Part shown: positions 1-10,790 of the stretch, in pieces
How positions within the stretch are numbered: the first letter of the stretch is position 1
How the letters are laid out: each line of letters begins with the position of its first letter
Assembly: GCA_964199315.1 (NCBI GenBank)
Contig: OZ116707.1
Coordinates: 4,526,001-4,590,000 of the forward strand
DNA length: 64,000 nt
Reading direction: 5' to 3'
Origin: Orbicella franksi
Lineage: Eukaryota
Translations under genes and position numbers: made by a program
Notes under the pieces: generated by a model
What the model was told of the DNA's origin: nothing
Databases searched by the model: none
The model's input: only the letters and a program-made list of their open reading frames with translations

Positions 1-935
1 TGATTTTTCCTTAAAATCAGAGGAAATGTGCGACTTCTTCGACAAACGTGGCTATCCTGCTTCTGTTGTTCAAGTGGGCCATCATCGTGCCCAACATCTT
101 GATTGACAGTCAGCACTAGAAATGTCACAGAAGGAAAATAATGATAGAATTCCATTCACCCTCGCATTTCGCCCTCACAACCATGCAGTAAAATCCAACA
201 TTCTAAAAACCTTTAAATTACCTCAAAATGATCCTGATACTGGTAGAATCTTTTCGCAACCTCCATTAATTTCATTCAAACATTACAAAAACAGGAAACT
301 TTTTAGTCAGAAGTGCATTCCAAACAAGTGATCAAACCGGAACTTTTAAATGCCCATGCACACGATGCGAAACATGTCCTTTCATTCGAAACTTTGAGCG
401 ATCCATCGAGATCACTGATTATTTCACCTGTACCTCAGCCAATGTCATCTACTGCATAACTTGCACTTTTTGCCAAAAGTTATACATCGGCAAAACAGGG
501 AGACGACTAGGCGACCGATTCTGAGCACACCTTCGTGACATAGAGAAAGACGACAAAAATGCATCTAAACCAGTTGCGAGACACTTTAATCTCCCCGATC
601 ATTCTAAGCAACATATGGTAGTCTGCAGCCTTTCCCTACATCAAGGAAGAACAGAAAGCCGCAAAACTGTAGAACAAAAATTTATTTTTCAAATTGGCAC
701 TCTTAATCGTCACGGTATCTATGAACGCTTTTCATTCAACTAAAATGTATTCTGTTGTTTTTCAAGTTACCATGCACCAACCAATAGGGTAGCTCCATCT
801 TTCTGTATATAAACCACACACAACCCACAATTCCTCTATTTGCTCTGACGAAGGGCTAACACTTAAAACGTCAGCTTTCTAACCTCTTTACGGTGGCCAA
901 TTCACATTATCAACCCAGTTGATAAAACCAAATTA
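1..935 (+). mobile_element. Penelope-like retroelement, 3' fragment (RT thumb, GIY-YIG endonuclease, 3' terminus); decayed
   Basis: Broken frames give SEEMCDFFDKRGYP..., KENNDRIPFTLAFRPHNHAVK, FTCTSANVIYCITCTFCQKLYIGKTGRRLGDRF and EQKFIFQIGTLNRHGIYERFSFN* (stop about 741), followed by a noncoding tail containing a hammerhead-like core. Confidence 0.9.
845..875 (+). ncRNA. Degenerate minimal hammerhead ribozyme core of the Penelope-like element
   Basis: CTGACGA-AGGGCTAACACTT-AAAAC-GTCAG. It matches CUGANGA...GAAA with GAAA changed to AAAA and stem II damaged. Confidence 0.7.
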
Positions 936-949
936 AGTTTGCTACCGTC

Positions 950-1180
950 GTCAGTTTTTATATAACAAGTATTAAATTGTTAGTTTGTAGCACATTAGTC
1001 TAAGTGATGAATCATGTACCTTGACTACTCATCTTTCATGTTAAGTTTCTGTTACAGTTGTCAGTTTTTATATAACAGGTATTAAATTGTTAGTTTGTCA
1101 CAAATTACCTAAGTAATGAATTATGTACTTTGACTACTAAGCTTTCATGTTAAGTTTCTGTTACAATTGTCAGTTTGTAT
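950..1180. repeat. Tandem repeat, unit about 110 bp, about 2.1 copies
   Basis: GTCAGTTTTTATATAACA(A/G)GTATTAAATTGTTAGTTTGT recurs at 950 and 1060; a partial copy starts at 1169. Confidence 0.85.
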
Positions 1181-1278
1181 AAGATATGAATATGATTCAC
1201 AAAGATAATTTGAACTTTCACATACTAATGATTCCTTACAAATAAATTGTGTTATTGTTCTTGTTGGATGACAATTTC

Positions 1279-2566
1279 CAGGGCTGTCATTAAGGGCCGC
1301 AACCCGTAACACCTGTTACGACTGAGTTCACTTGATGTTACGGGTGAAGATGTCGATGGATGGTACGAACATGCTACACTTACCAAATTTATTTTTAAAC
1401 ATTTCCCTATTGAAATAAACATAACTGTTTCTTGGTGTCTTGTCTCCTTGGTTCTACTATTTATATTTTACCCTGGAGATGAACTTTCAGTTTGCTTAAT
1501 CGTCGTGAATTACTTTTAGACGCCATTTTAAGCAGCAAAACTTATCTTGCAATGCGCTGCTCCTGCCTTTTGAGAAATTCCGCGGACCGATGTAGAGTGT
1601 TGTCCAGGCTGATCGATCGTGTTTGGTCCCGCTCGTGTGTAGAGAAAGTTATGTTTTAATATGAATAAGAGAAAAGAACCCACGTCAAAACAGCCTGGGA
1701 TCGACAGATTTTTTTCTAAATCCCAACGGACCGATGGAAATGAGGAAGCTCACAAAACAGCCAGTCGAAGTGGTCGACAAATACCAGCGATCACAGCTTC
1801 AAGTACTGCAAGGACTTCAGCCACATGCGGGCAGCCTGTAGAACTGAGTATTATGCTACAAAGAGTGGAAGAAAAATTTCCCGAGTCTAGAAATGGTAAA
1901 GCATTTTATTCTTATTACCACTGTAACGGAAAGAGACGTTCAATGTCTGATCCAGCTTATTTGAGCTCCTCTAACGGTAAGATAGCTCAGTAATGTAGAG
2001 ATGTTATTATAATTTTTATTTCCGGTTTCACTCCTGTTTTATGCATTTGACCATAATAACAAATTATCATAACTGTTAGCAAACATAAAACCATATTGCT
2101 GATTATGGACTGTCATTTTTTTTTTTTTAAACAAGGAACACTCAGGTCTGTTGGAGATATTTTATAACTTTATTCATTTGATCTCTGTAAATTAAGGTGC
2201 ATGAATTTGAAATTATGCACTGTGAAAAACAAACAGTACTAAAATAAGGACCACCTGCATAGGTTGATGCAACAAAGATGTTATTTCACTATTTGCTGAT
2301 GATGTACTATAACATATTATCACTGTTTTATCAGCATTTTTGATTAGAAAAATTGCGATTTTCATGCCCTAGAAAGCAGGAAAATGCATTTCCAGGGGTT
2401 TCGTGCTCAAAAAATTGCTGGGGAGGGGGGTGGGGGCATGCCCCCAGACCCCCCTAGATGCTCAGGCCCTTTCGGGCCTTCAGAACGTGGCCGTGGGCCA
2501 CGTATTTGACTGCTACGGGTGATAACTTACATGCAACGGCTGCTTCAAAACTTAATGACAGCCCTG
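1279..2566 (+). mobile_element. Non-autonomous hAT-like DNA transposon with 5-bp TSD (hAT5-type)
   Basis: Perfect 16-bp TIR CAGGGCTGTCATTAAG (1279-1294) / CTTAATGACAGCCCTG (2551-2566). ATTTC is duplicated at 1274-1278 and 2567-2571. Confidence 0.85.
1661..1993 (+). pseudogene. Residual N-terminal transposase-like ORF inside the hAT-like element
   Basis: MNKRKEPTSKQPGIDRFFSK resembles the basic N-termini of hAT transposases. No catalytic domain is present. Confidence 0.45.
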
Positions 2567-3179
2567 ATTTCTATACTATTATGCCCTTGAAATATCATTG
2601 TAATTATCATTGTAATTAATAGTCATGAAGAAATATTAAAACAATTTGTCTTTTTCCTCACTGCTTATATACAGAACAAAAACATTTTTGTTCATTATCA
2701 ACTGTAACAAACTAAATAGTCATTTTTCATTCAAGAGCAAATGAAAATACTGCTTTTGATTAGAATAATCTCAATAAGCCTGGGTACTACTGATGAATCA
2801 CATAACAAACAAATTGGAAAATAATCGTACAAAATATGCATATTTCAGGAGTTCATGAGAACCACTCTAACAACCCCATAAAATTATTAGTTCATCTGGT
2901 AATAAGCTTTGGTAGTGACGTTTTCTTTTCTTTTGGTGACAACAAAATAAACTATTGGTTTTCTTGCATGGGTTAAGTGTGATCACCCTAGCACTTGAAG
3001 CTGGTTATAATTGAAAGCCATCTCAGCCTGGGATCTTTTGCTAACCAAGAAAAAGAAAACATAAGAAGAAAGCCTGTTTATTTATTTATTAAGCTTCGGC
3101 CTACTATTACACATAAAGAAAAAGAAAAAGAAGAGGAAGCAAAAAAAAAAAACAGACAGCAAAACAAAACAAAATGGCC

Positions 3180-3420
3180 AGGGGAGCCGCTACAGCTTAG
3201 CCAATTACAGCGGCCCCCTTAGATATAATTAAGAGACAAAATTATACAATATATATAAATCTAAATTTAGTATAGGGAGCTTAAAAGCAGCAATGCGGTG
3301 GGCGCGTTAAGGTCTTAGCGGTATTGCACTTTGGGCAAATTGTCCGCCACGTCCTTATATCTTCTTGATCAAAAATATCTACAGCATTTGTATAATATTT
3401 TAGTAAGGATCTCTTAAAAG
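3180..3420 (-). mobile_element. L2/CR1-clade LINE 3' end
   Basis: Minus strand reads ...LLKYYTNAVDIFDQEDIRTWRTICPKCNTAKTLTRPPHCCF*, a Cys-rich ORF2 C-terminus, followed by a GC-rich 3' UTR stem (GGGGCCGCTGTAATTGGCTAAGCTGTAGCGGCTCCC). Confidence 0.7.
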
Positions 3421-3471
3421 CAAGGGGTGTTTGATTGTGTTCCTTAAGACTTTTGATTGTGTTCCTTAAGA

Positions 3472-4025
3472 TCACTGGGGAAATGATCCACATTTTACGG
3501 AAAAAAGAGACTGCCCGGCTGAAGCTAAGAAAATCAACGGTAAACGAGCAACAGCATCAAAAATACAAAGAGCTGCGAAAAAAAGCGAAGGCCCTGATCC
3601 AAGAAAGCCAAGAGCATTACTTTGGATCTCTGGACTCTGACCTAGCACGCAGACCTAAACGCTTTTGGTCTATATTCAGACTCACCAACAAATCACGCAA
3701 CTTTCCAGAGTTTATGTCATCTTGTGACCTGAATGGACCGGGTAGTCAAGTGTCAATGCCTAGACGGATTGTAGATTTGTTCAACTCGTACTTCGCGTCT
3801 GTATTCTCTGTTCCTTCAGAGGTCCGGGGGAATCCAGCACGGCCATCGCCTTTAGATGGGCCCCTATTTGTTGACTTACAGATCTCAGTCACAGAGGTTT
3901 TGGCCTATTTAAGGCAGCTGGATGTAAATAAGGCAATGGGTCCTGATGGAATCCCTTCCCATCTATTAAAAGAAACCACTGAACAGATCGCACCATCTCT
4001 CACGAAGCTGCTCAACAAATCAACA
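3472..4025 (+). mobile_element. CR1/L2 LINE ORF2 fragment (linker before the RT domain)
   Basis: PKRFWSIF, LFNSYFASVF, LRQLDVNKAMGPDGIPSHLLKETTEQIAPSLTKLLNKS are typical pre-RT motifs. Confidence 0.9.
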
Positions 4026-4931
4026 AATCAACAATTGTTTGGCAAGTGACTCACCCCGCTACAACCCTTAAACCCGCAAAACAAAATTTAATCAAGTAAA
4101 AACTCCAAAAAAAATGGAAAGAGTGTCTAGAAATATGTATTGCAATAATAGCCGATAATATATGGTACTACCTACCCCCACCCCACCCCAGAAAAAGGGT
4201 CTTGAAACTACATAACACATGCTGTTTTCAGCTCAGTACACATATGTGAGAAACCTGCATCTCTGGCATACCAAGAGAGAAAACAGTTACAGGATAAACA
4301 TATTCCATAAAAAACTTGCAGGAACAAATGCAAATGCAGGAACAAAAAATAAAGTTTCTTTCCAACATAAAGCCCAAGTGAACGCAAATATGTTTCTAGT
4401 TTATGACAAGTCTTTGCTATTTTTATCTGTGCCAACAATTTTCTGAAATGAAAATGGAAATACCTTGACCACTGCAATGCCTTTTTAATGTGATGACTAG
4501 CAACCATTCAAGTTGTTTGTTCAAGTGTTTAAATTAAGTTTCAACACTGTTCCAAAATGGAGAAGATTTTAAGTTCCCAGGTTAAGTGAAACTACCCCCA
4601 AGAAATACTAGCCATAAATTTCCTTACAAAAAAAAGAAACCCTGAAATCGTGAATTTCAAACCCCCTAAAAAATCGTTTGCACAGTATCACCTTCACCAC
4701 GGGATATCCCCCTCCTTTGGGGTGTACCATTAGCGTGAACAGGCAATAAATAACCGTATCCTTCTGTGTTTAATTCTACTTCCATTCCTTCAATATTTTT
4801 TGCTAATGGTGATGCTAAAGTAAAACAGAAACAAACAGTGAGTTATCAGTTATAAAATAAATAAGTGTTAACTTTTCCTCTAGTTACAAATTATAGAATG
4901 GTGATATGAGTTTCAATGTATATAATATTAC

Positions 4932-6765
4932 CTTGGTCTGCTTGACTAGTCACTTCATCAGTTCCTGCTGCTGAGGATCTGAAAGACAAAAAAAAGAAAG
5001 AAAGTTATGAGATTGGTCAACTTCAGTATTAAAATACATTTACTCTTGGATGATTTTATTGCGAGTCAACAATTAGGTTTTAATTTTCTTAATGTGATGA
5101 CTAGCAACTATTGTTCAAGTCTTTTTAACTTTTGATATTATCCCTAAGTGGAGAAGATCATATATTTTTTTACATTGTGATTTAAAATTGACATTGGAAA
5201 TTCCTTTTGAATGCACCTTTCTTTGACTTCTTATTCCTTAAACCAAAACCTATAATAGGAAAAACCATACCTGTTTAGTGAAAATTGAAATTGTATGCTT
5301 ATGGATATTAAAGGCAATAGTGGATACACAGGAGGCTAGAGAAATGATATTTACAAAAATTGTGTAAACTTTTATTCACATTTTTTTCTCTACAAATATT
5401 ACTGGTAATTATACCTATCGACTATGAATTTACAGGAGGGGTAGGTCAGTCAGATAATTTTGACAAGTTGTCACATGACAATTGTATTGTTCATAGTCGT
5501 GACTATGTTCATAAAATGTATTTTATTCTCAAGTAAAAAATACTAAATAAATATGCTTAAGTATGTACATTTTTGTACTCACACTCATCTAGTTTCTTGA
5601 GGGCATCTTGAAACCATGCCCTTGAAATATGTACAGCTGAAACTTGTATTCCACTTGCACAAAACCGAATACAGTTTGTGCAGCCAATGCATTGCTGTCT
5701 TACAAAAGACCATATGGCTGCTTCTGTCACACCATTTGTATCTGTCTTTGAATCTTTGCAGTAATCCAAAAACTCTGGATGAACTGCCATTGTTTCTCGA
5801 CAGTGACAACTTTATGGTGTGTACAAGTTGTCAAAAAAGAGTTAGACCTTCCAAAGAATAGGGAACAAAAATAATGGTAACTTTTTTTCGTACTTAATTG
5901 ACTTAAAAGTCTTGGGATAAAGGGGTGAGTAGTGCAGTGTGTACAAAATATACATCCAGTTACTGGCAAGAAGTCATTAGTTAGCTTAATATGTAAAGAC
6001 ATCCCCAAGATGCCACCAAATTGCCTTAGTTCCCAAAGAGATGATTAAATTGAGTAGAAAGGTGTGGTGTTTTAACATCAAAAAATACCTTACTTTTTGG
6101 GCCTTGCGGAGCAACATTGGTAATGTTTCTTGCTATAGTGACTGCACATTTGATGAGCCACAGCCAGATGAAGAAGTAGGAGAGCAATCATTGTGGTAAT
6201 CACCACAGCCAACACATGATGGGAGTATTGGGTTCAGAGTTTTATCAAGAACCAATGTATACATCTCCAAACTAACCACGTCCAAAATCCATGATCAATA
6301 ATATTTGTAAGACAATGTCAGCTTGCACTCAGGTGGTCTCAATAAAAAAGAAATTGCCAGTGGACATGCAATTCATTCCTTATCAATTTACTTATTGATT
6401 AGCAATTATTGTTATATTCAGTTGAGACTTAATTTGGAATATTTGACTAGTGCATTTATTGTAATGATTGTTAAATCATTCAATTAGCATGAAATTGAAC
6501 TTCATACCTTTTTAGCACAGTACATTAATGTGTACATTCATTGGGTTCAAATGTCTACTTTTAAATTTTCACAGGTGTTTTCAATCTCTTCAGTCAGTTG
6601 GTGATAACAGGCCTCGTCATGTCTATCTTTGATCGCCTTATAGACGTGAGAGGTAACCACCCAGATGCTCTCATGTGCATCTCTCATTGCTTTGTGAAGT
6701 GAAGTTTCTGCCTTCTCAAGGTCTACACCATTTAAATGAGGCTCCAATTTCTCAAACTGAATTCT
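4932..6765 (-). pseudogene. Decayed multi-exon gene of unknown family
   Basis: Exon-like blocks with AG/GT boundaries at about 6510-6765 (EPHLNGVDLEKAETSLHKAMRDAHESIW), 6095-6290, 5580-5850 and 4932-4978. In-frame stops are present. Confidence 0.4.
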
Positions 6766-7154
6766 GAACCACCTTGACTTGGTCCTGAAAATGATGAATC
6801 AATCCAAGAATAAAAATTTAAAGTCTTCCTTTGATATATACTATATGAGTTAAGTTGCATTATTGACAGATTTGAAAATTATTTAAACTGTAGAGTATTT
6901 TAATACTATTTTCAAAGCCACCCTGCCCCACTAATTTTGTACTTATTCAACTGTTTTAAAAAATCAACCTTCACTTGATGTAGATATTTTACTTGATTCA
7001 ACAAGATAAAGATTTATTGAAATACTCTCAAAAGTTAAAAAGTTATTCTTGAGTTATTAGTTATTAGTTATAAGTTATTAGTGAAAAGTTATTCTCAACT
7101 GGCATAAATCATGACTGTGTCAATTATGAGGCTATTATTCCAAGAAATATGACC

Positions 7155-7540
7155 ACTGTTGGCCATGTACATCGAATGGATCAGGGCCGCATTCCCAAGC
7201 AACTCTTGTACGGAGAACTAGTACAAGGAAAAAGGCCGGTAGGATGACCGAAGCTCCATTTCAAGGATGTGGTGAAGAGGGACATGCAGGCCATTGGTCT
7301 TCCAATCGATTTGTGGGAGACTCTTGCCAGTGACAGGAGTGCATGGAAAACAAATTGCACTGAAGCCCTGCGAGAGTGAGAAAAGCTTCTGCACATTACA
7401 GTGGATACCAGGAGAGAACGTCAGAAGGCCAGGGCCCTTGCTCCACCCACTGATTCCACTTATGTCTGTGGTTCTCGTCACCGCATCTGCTAATCAAGAA
7501 TCGGACTCCAAAGCCATATCAGAAAATGTTTAAGGAAATA
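7155..7540 (+). mobile_element. RTE-clade LINE 3' fragment
   Basis: HVHRMDQGRIPKQLLYGELVQGKRPVG*PKLHFKDVVKRDM...DRSAW...C...SRIGLQSHIRKC. Confidence 0.9.
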
Positions 7541-7744
7541 CACAATTACTAACACACGCAAAAATTATGGACTAGATTGTCTGATAATGCCACCAACCAA
7601 CCATGACTGCTGTCATCAGGACTTTTAGCTGGAGAATCATCCTCAACCGATTCTACTTCAATCGCCACCATTTTCCATCAACGATGCAGTGCCTCAAAGC
7701 ATGCTCGGCATTACCAAAACCATGCACCATGCAGTCAGTCAGTT

Positions 7745-7955
7745 CACAGGAGGGGACATGTCGCTGCAACACATTCCTGGGACATGTTCCCACAACATTT
7801 TCATGTGTGTGCAAATGTTGTGATTTTGTCCCTGCTCCATGTCCCTGCTACACGTCCCTCCTACATGTCGCCTCAGTGTGCACTACACATGTTTTTGTCA
7901 CTGCAACATGTTCCTGCAACATGAACCCTTGTGTCTGGCCACTTTTACAGCGATG
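7745..7955. repeat. MITE-like fragment with repeated TGCAACA/ACATGTC motifs
   Basis: Internal repeats of ACATGTCGC/ACATGTTCC and TGCAACA. Only one end is recognisable. Confidence 0.4.
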
Positions 7956-8214
7956 AAGTGCTGCTAATCTTTTACTTCATTCTTTTTCTTTTACTTTAAA
8001 CAATAATTTTAGAAAAGGGAGTTTTATGTAGACAAGGGAGGTAAGCCTCACTGTTTTGAATCATTCAAAGTAGTCAGTTTGTGAGTCACTGTGCGAAGTA
8101 GCTCATGTGCGATGGGAAAACCACTTTCAGAAAAGATTACGAGTTTGAATAAAGATAAGTTTACATAAATTCTTCAGCTTTTTCTATGTTTTATATTTTT
8201 ATCAAAAGAATTGT

Positions 8215-8441
8215 CATGTTTTTAGTTTTTTTCTGTAAATTTGGTTATTGCTTTTATTTTATTTGGTGGGTTCTAAAGGAGCTGTTTGTTTGGTTTATCG
8301 GCCTAGTCCCTCGGTGCATTCATGTTTTTAGTTTTTTTTCTGCATTCTGTGCATTGTATTGTTGGTTATTGCTTTTATTTTATTTGGTGGGTTCTAAAGG
8401 AGCTGTTTGTTTGGTTTATCGGCCTAGTCCCTCAGTGCATT
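8215..8441. repeat. Imperfect tandem duplication, about 105-120 bp, 2 copies
   Basis: GGTTATTGCTTTTATTTTATTTGGTGGGTTCTAAAGGAGCTGTTTGTTTGGTTTATCGGCCTAGTCCCTC occurs twice. Confidence 0.9.
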
Positions 8442-8509
8442 CAGGTGAGAGCAGTGCTGACTGTTTGTTGGCCTTGTGTTCGTCCCACAAGTCGAATAGT
8501 CCAGTACAA

Positions 8510-9110
8510 ATGAAAAATTATTCAGACTTAAAATGATTGACTCTCCACTTTGCGCCTTTTGTCAAACAGAAGTCGGGTCCCCTGAGCACTTATTCTTTCA
8601 TTGCAATGTAACAAAATCTTTCTGGCAGTTGCTTTGTTCCTGGATTTCTAAAAAAAAGGTAATCTCAACATCCTTAACGCTAGAAAATGTTATCTTTGGA
8701 GTATTCAATGTCGCAGAGGGCTTTCATATTCTAAACCATATTATTTTATTAGCAAAATATTATATTTATAACTTTAATTTAAATATCATACATCCTTCTC
8801 TAAAGGTCTTCATAGCCAAGGTTAAAGCAACTTGCCAGATTGAACGGAAAATTGCAGCTAACAGCAATAAATTGGTAAAACATAAAAAATGGAACAAATT
8901 TCTACCTTGCTTCAGTTAATTTAGTTTATGTTTTGTGATGATGTATGTAGAGAGCTATTTATATTTACATTGTAATAGGCTTCTTTTCCTCCCCTTTTCT
9001 TTTTTTTTGTGTATCCCTTTTTAATGTAAAATTGTAAAACTAGCATTACAGTATCGCTTTGCTTGTCCATTGCACAACTTACAAATAAAAACAAGAAAAT
9101 ACAAGAAAAA
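8510..9110 (+). mobile_element. L1/Tx1-clade LINE 3' end (zf-RVT CCHC and 3' UTR)
   Basis: ORF 8533-8919: CAFCQTEVGSPEHLFFHCNVTKSFW...NHIILLAKYYIY...KW, then a T-rich UTR ending in AATAAA and an A-rich tail. Confidence 0.85.
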
Positions 9111-9119
9111 GGAACAGTT

Positions 9120-9770
9120 CGGTCTGAAATTCATGCTATTTGCGTCCCTGGATTCTCTTAAGTTTCCTGTCAGAAACAAGGTGGATCTCCAGGGCAGTAC
9201 GTTTGGCCTCTCTGTGTAGGAGCTGAATCAGGAGATACAAGGGCAGCTGTCCATGTCTGGAGGCTTGGCAGTTGAGGCCATGGTGCCACCCCTCAAGGTC
9301 GTTATTTGTCCTCGTGGCTTTTTTAAACACAGTCTGGTCTGACAGGCTCCAGTTGATCCAGTTGCTGGACACATACTTGGTGAGGGGCTGCAATATGACA
9401 GTAGCTTGGTGCTGGAAGCGGTTAAACATTATGATAAATAGGCAACTAAGATAACTTAATGATAGTTACCTTAGGCCTAACTGTGCATTGCCAGTTAGTG
9501 GCATTTGCTCTGCGACCTTTGATGTTGTAGCAGTAGCCCCTTTTGTCTATCAGCTTCAGTCTGTCTTTTGTAGTGAAGTCTTCCGGGATTTGGAAGGTGG
9601 CAGCAAAGGAAGAGTCGTTCTCTATGGCTGTGGGTAGTGGCTCAAGGATAGATGATTCATCAACAGCAGGATCAGCAAAAACATGCTTGGATTCTGCTTG
9701 GAAGTGACTGGGGGTGAAATGACCATGGTGAGGGGGGTAAGGGTTTGTGGTGATGCGGTTTGGCATTAAT
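9120..9770 (-). mobile_element. FLYWCH-MULE (Mutator-like) transposase remnant, internally deleted
   Basis: KLIDKRGYCYNIKGRRANATNWQCTVRPK (FLYWCH start, followed by a GT donor) and RTNNDLEGWHHGLN...LPLYLLIQLLHREA (MULE C-terminal catalytic Glu motif). Confidence 0.85.
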
Positions 9771-10494
9771 TTTTGGTGCGGTTTTGCAGAAATCTTTATT
9801 TTAACCTGCAGTATTGTGGTTTTATAAGACTAAGCCGTTTGTGGTTTTCATAAATTTTTGATCGTGGTAATCGGTGAAAAAGAGTCTGCAGCTGTCTGTG
9901 CTTTCCAGTTATGACAGTTATTACTCGGAACCTGATGCTTCCAATGACTTTTGATCTATTCTTTATATTTTGCAAGGGACCATTGTTGTGCAAGCAGACT
10001 TTACTGTTTGTAATTTCTGCTTTTTCCAGTTAATAATTGCCATGATTAACCATTTTATCCAATGATACATCGACTTGTTGACTTTCCGGGCTGGGAATCT
10101 TTCACTTGGATTTCCTACAGTATTTGCCATGGCCTCGTGCAGGACAATGTCTGCTGAGTAAGAAGCGGTTATAAATTGTGTGGGCATATTCTACGAGGAA
10201 GGAAAAGGAGGAGAGAATTTTAGAAAGAAGAACAAATTTTGGTGTAAAGTCAGGAAGAGCGAGAAGCGTCTTGTGAAAATACGAGACATCCTTTGATAAG
10301 TAATGTCGCACTCTAATTGCAAGTCAGTAATGAAAATGAACTCCAAAGCTAATCCTCAAGCTTTCCTGGAGGACAGTATTCTATAGCTTAGCCCCCAATA
10401 TTTTGCTGGATTATTTGATGGCTTTGATGGTCTTAATGTGTATAGTATTCAGTATTGACCAGAACACCAGAGTGATCCAGAGCTTCTGTAAGTG

Positions 10495-10790
10495 CTTATA
10501 GGAGGTCACTTACGAGGGCTTAGACCATATTAGGTCGAAATTTTAAGTTACCCCATGATTTGGATGTTTTATTCAATCTGAAAAGTATCAATTTCAAGAA
10601 AAAAATCCAGCACTTTTGTCTCTTGCAGTATTCCCAGGGGTCCCCAAGGAATGCAATAATGTTACAAGCCTTATTGTCCAGAGTTTCTGCTCTATTAGTA
10701 TCAAGTGGTCACTTAGGGAAGGTTAAAAACAAAAGAAAATTTCAGCCCTGAAAATGGTCGCGGTCACTTATGAAAGGTGGTCGCTTTTCT
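10495..10790. repeat. Non-autonomous DNA-transposon fragments (GGTCGCTT/GGTCACTTA motif family)
   Basis: Repeated GGTCACTTA/GGTCGC motifs. A related piece at 19930-19999 ends in GAGGTTTGACTGTA. Confidence 0.4.

Noticed and set aside
8186-8536. 116-aa hydrophobic ORF resembling a membrane protein
   Set aside because: It arises from a T-rich tandem duplication, and the peptide simply repeats.
9790-10330. Possible retroelement-derived coding fragment
   Set aside because: It is too decayed to assign to a family.
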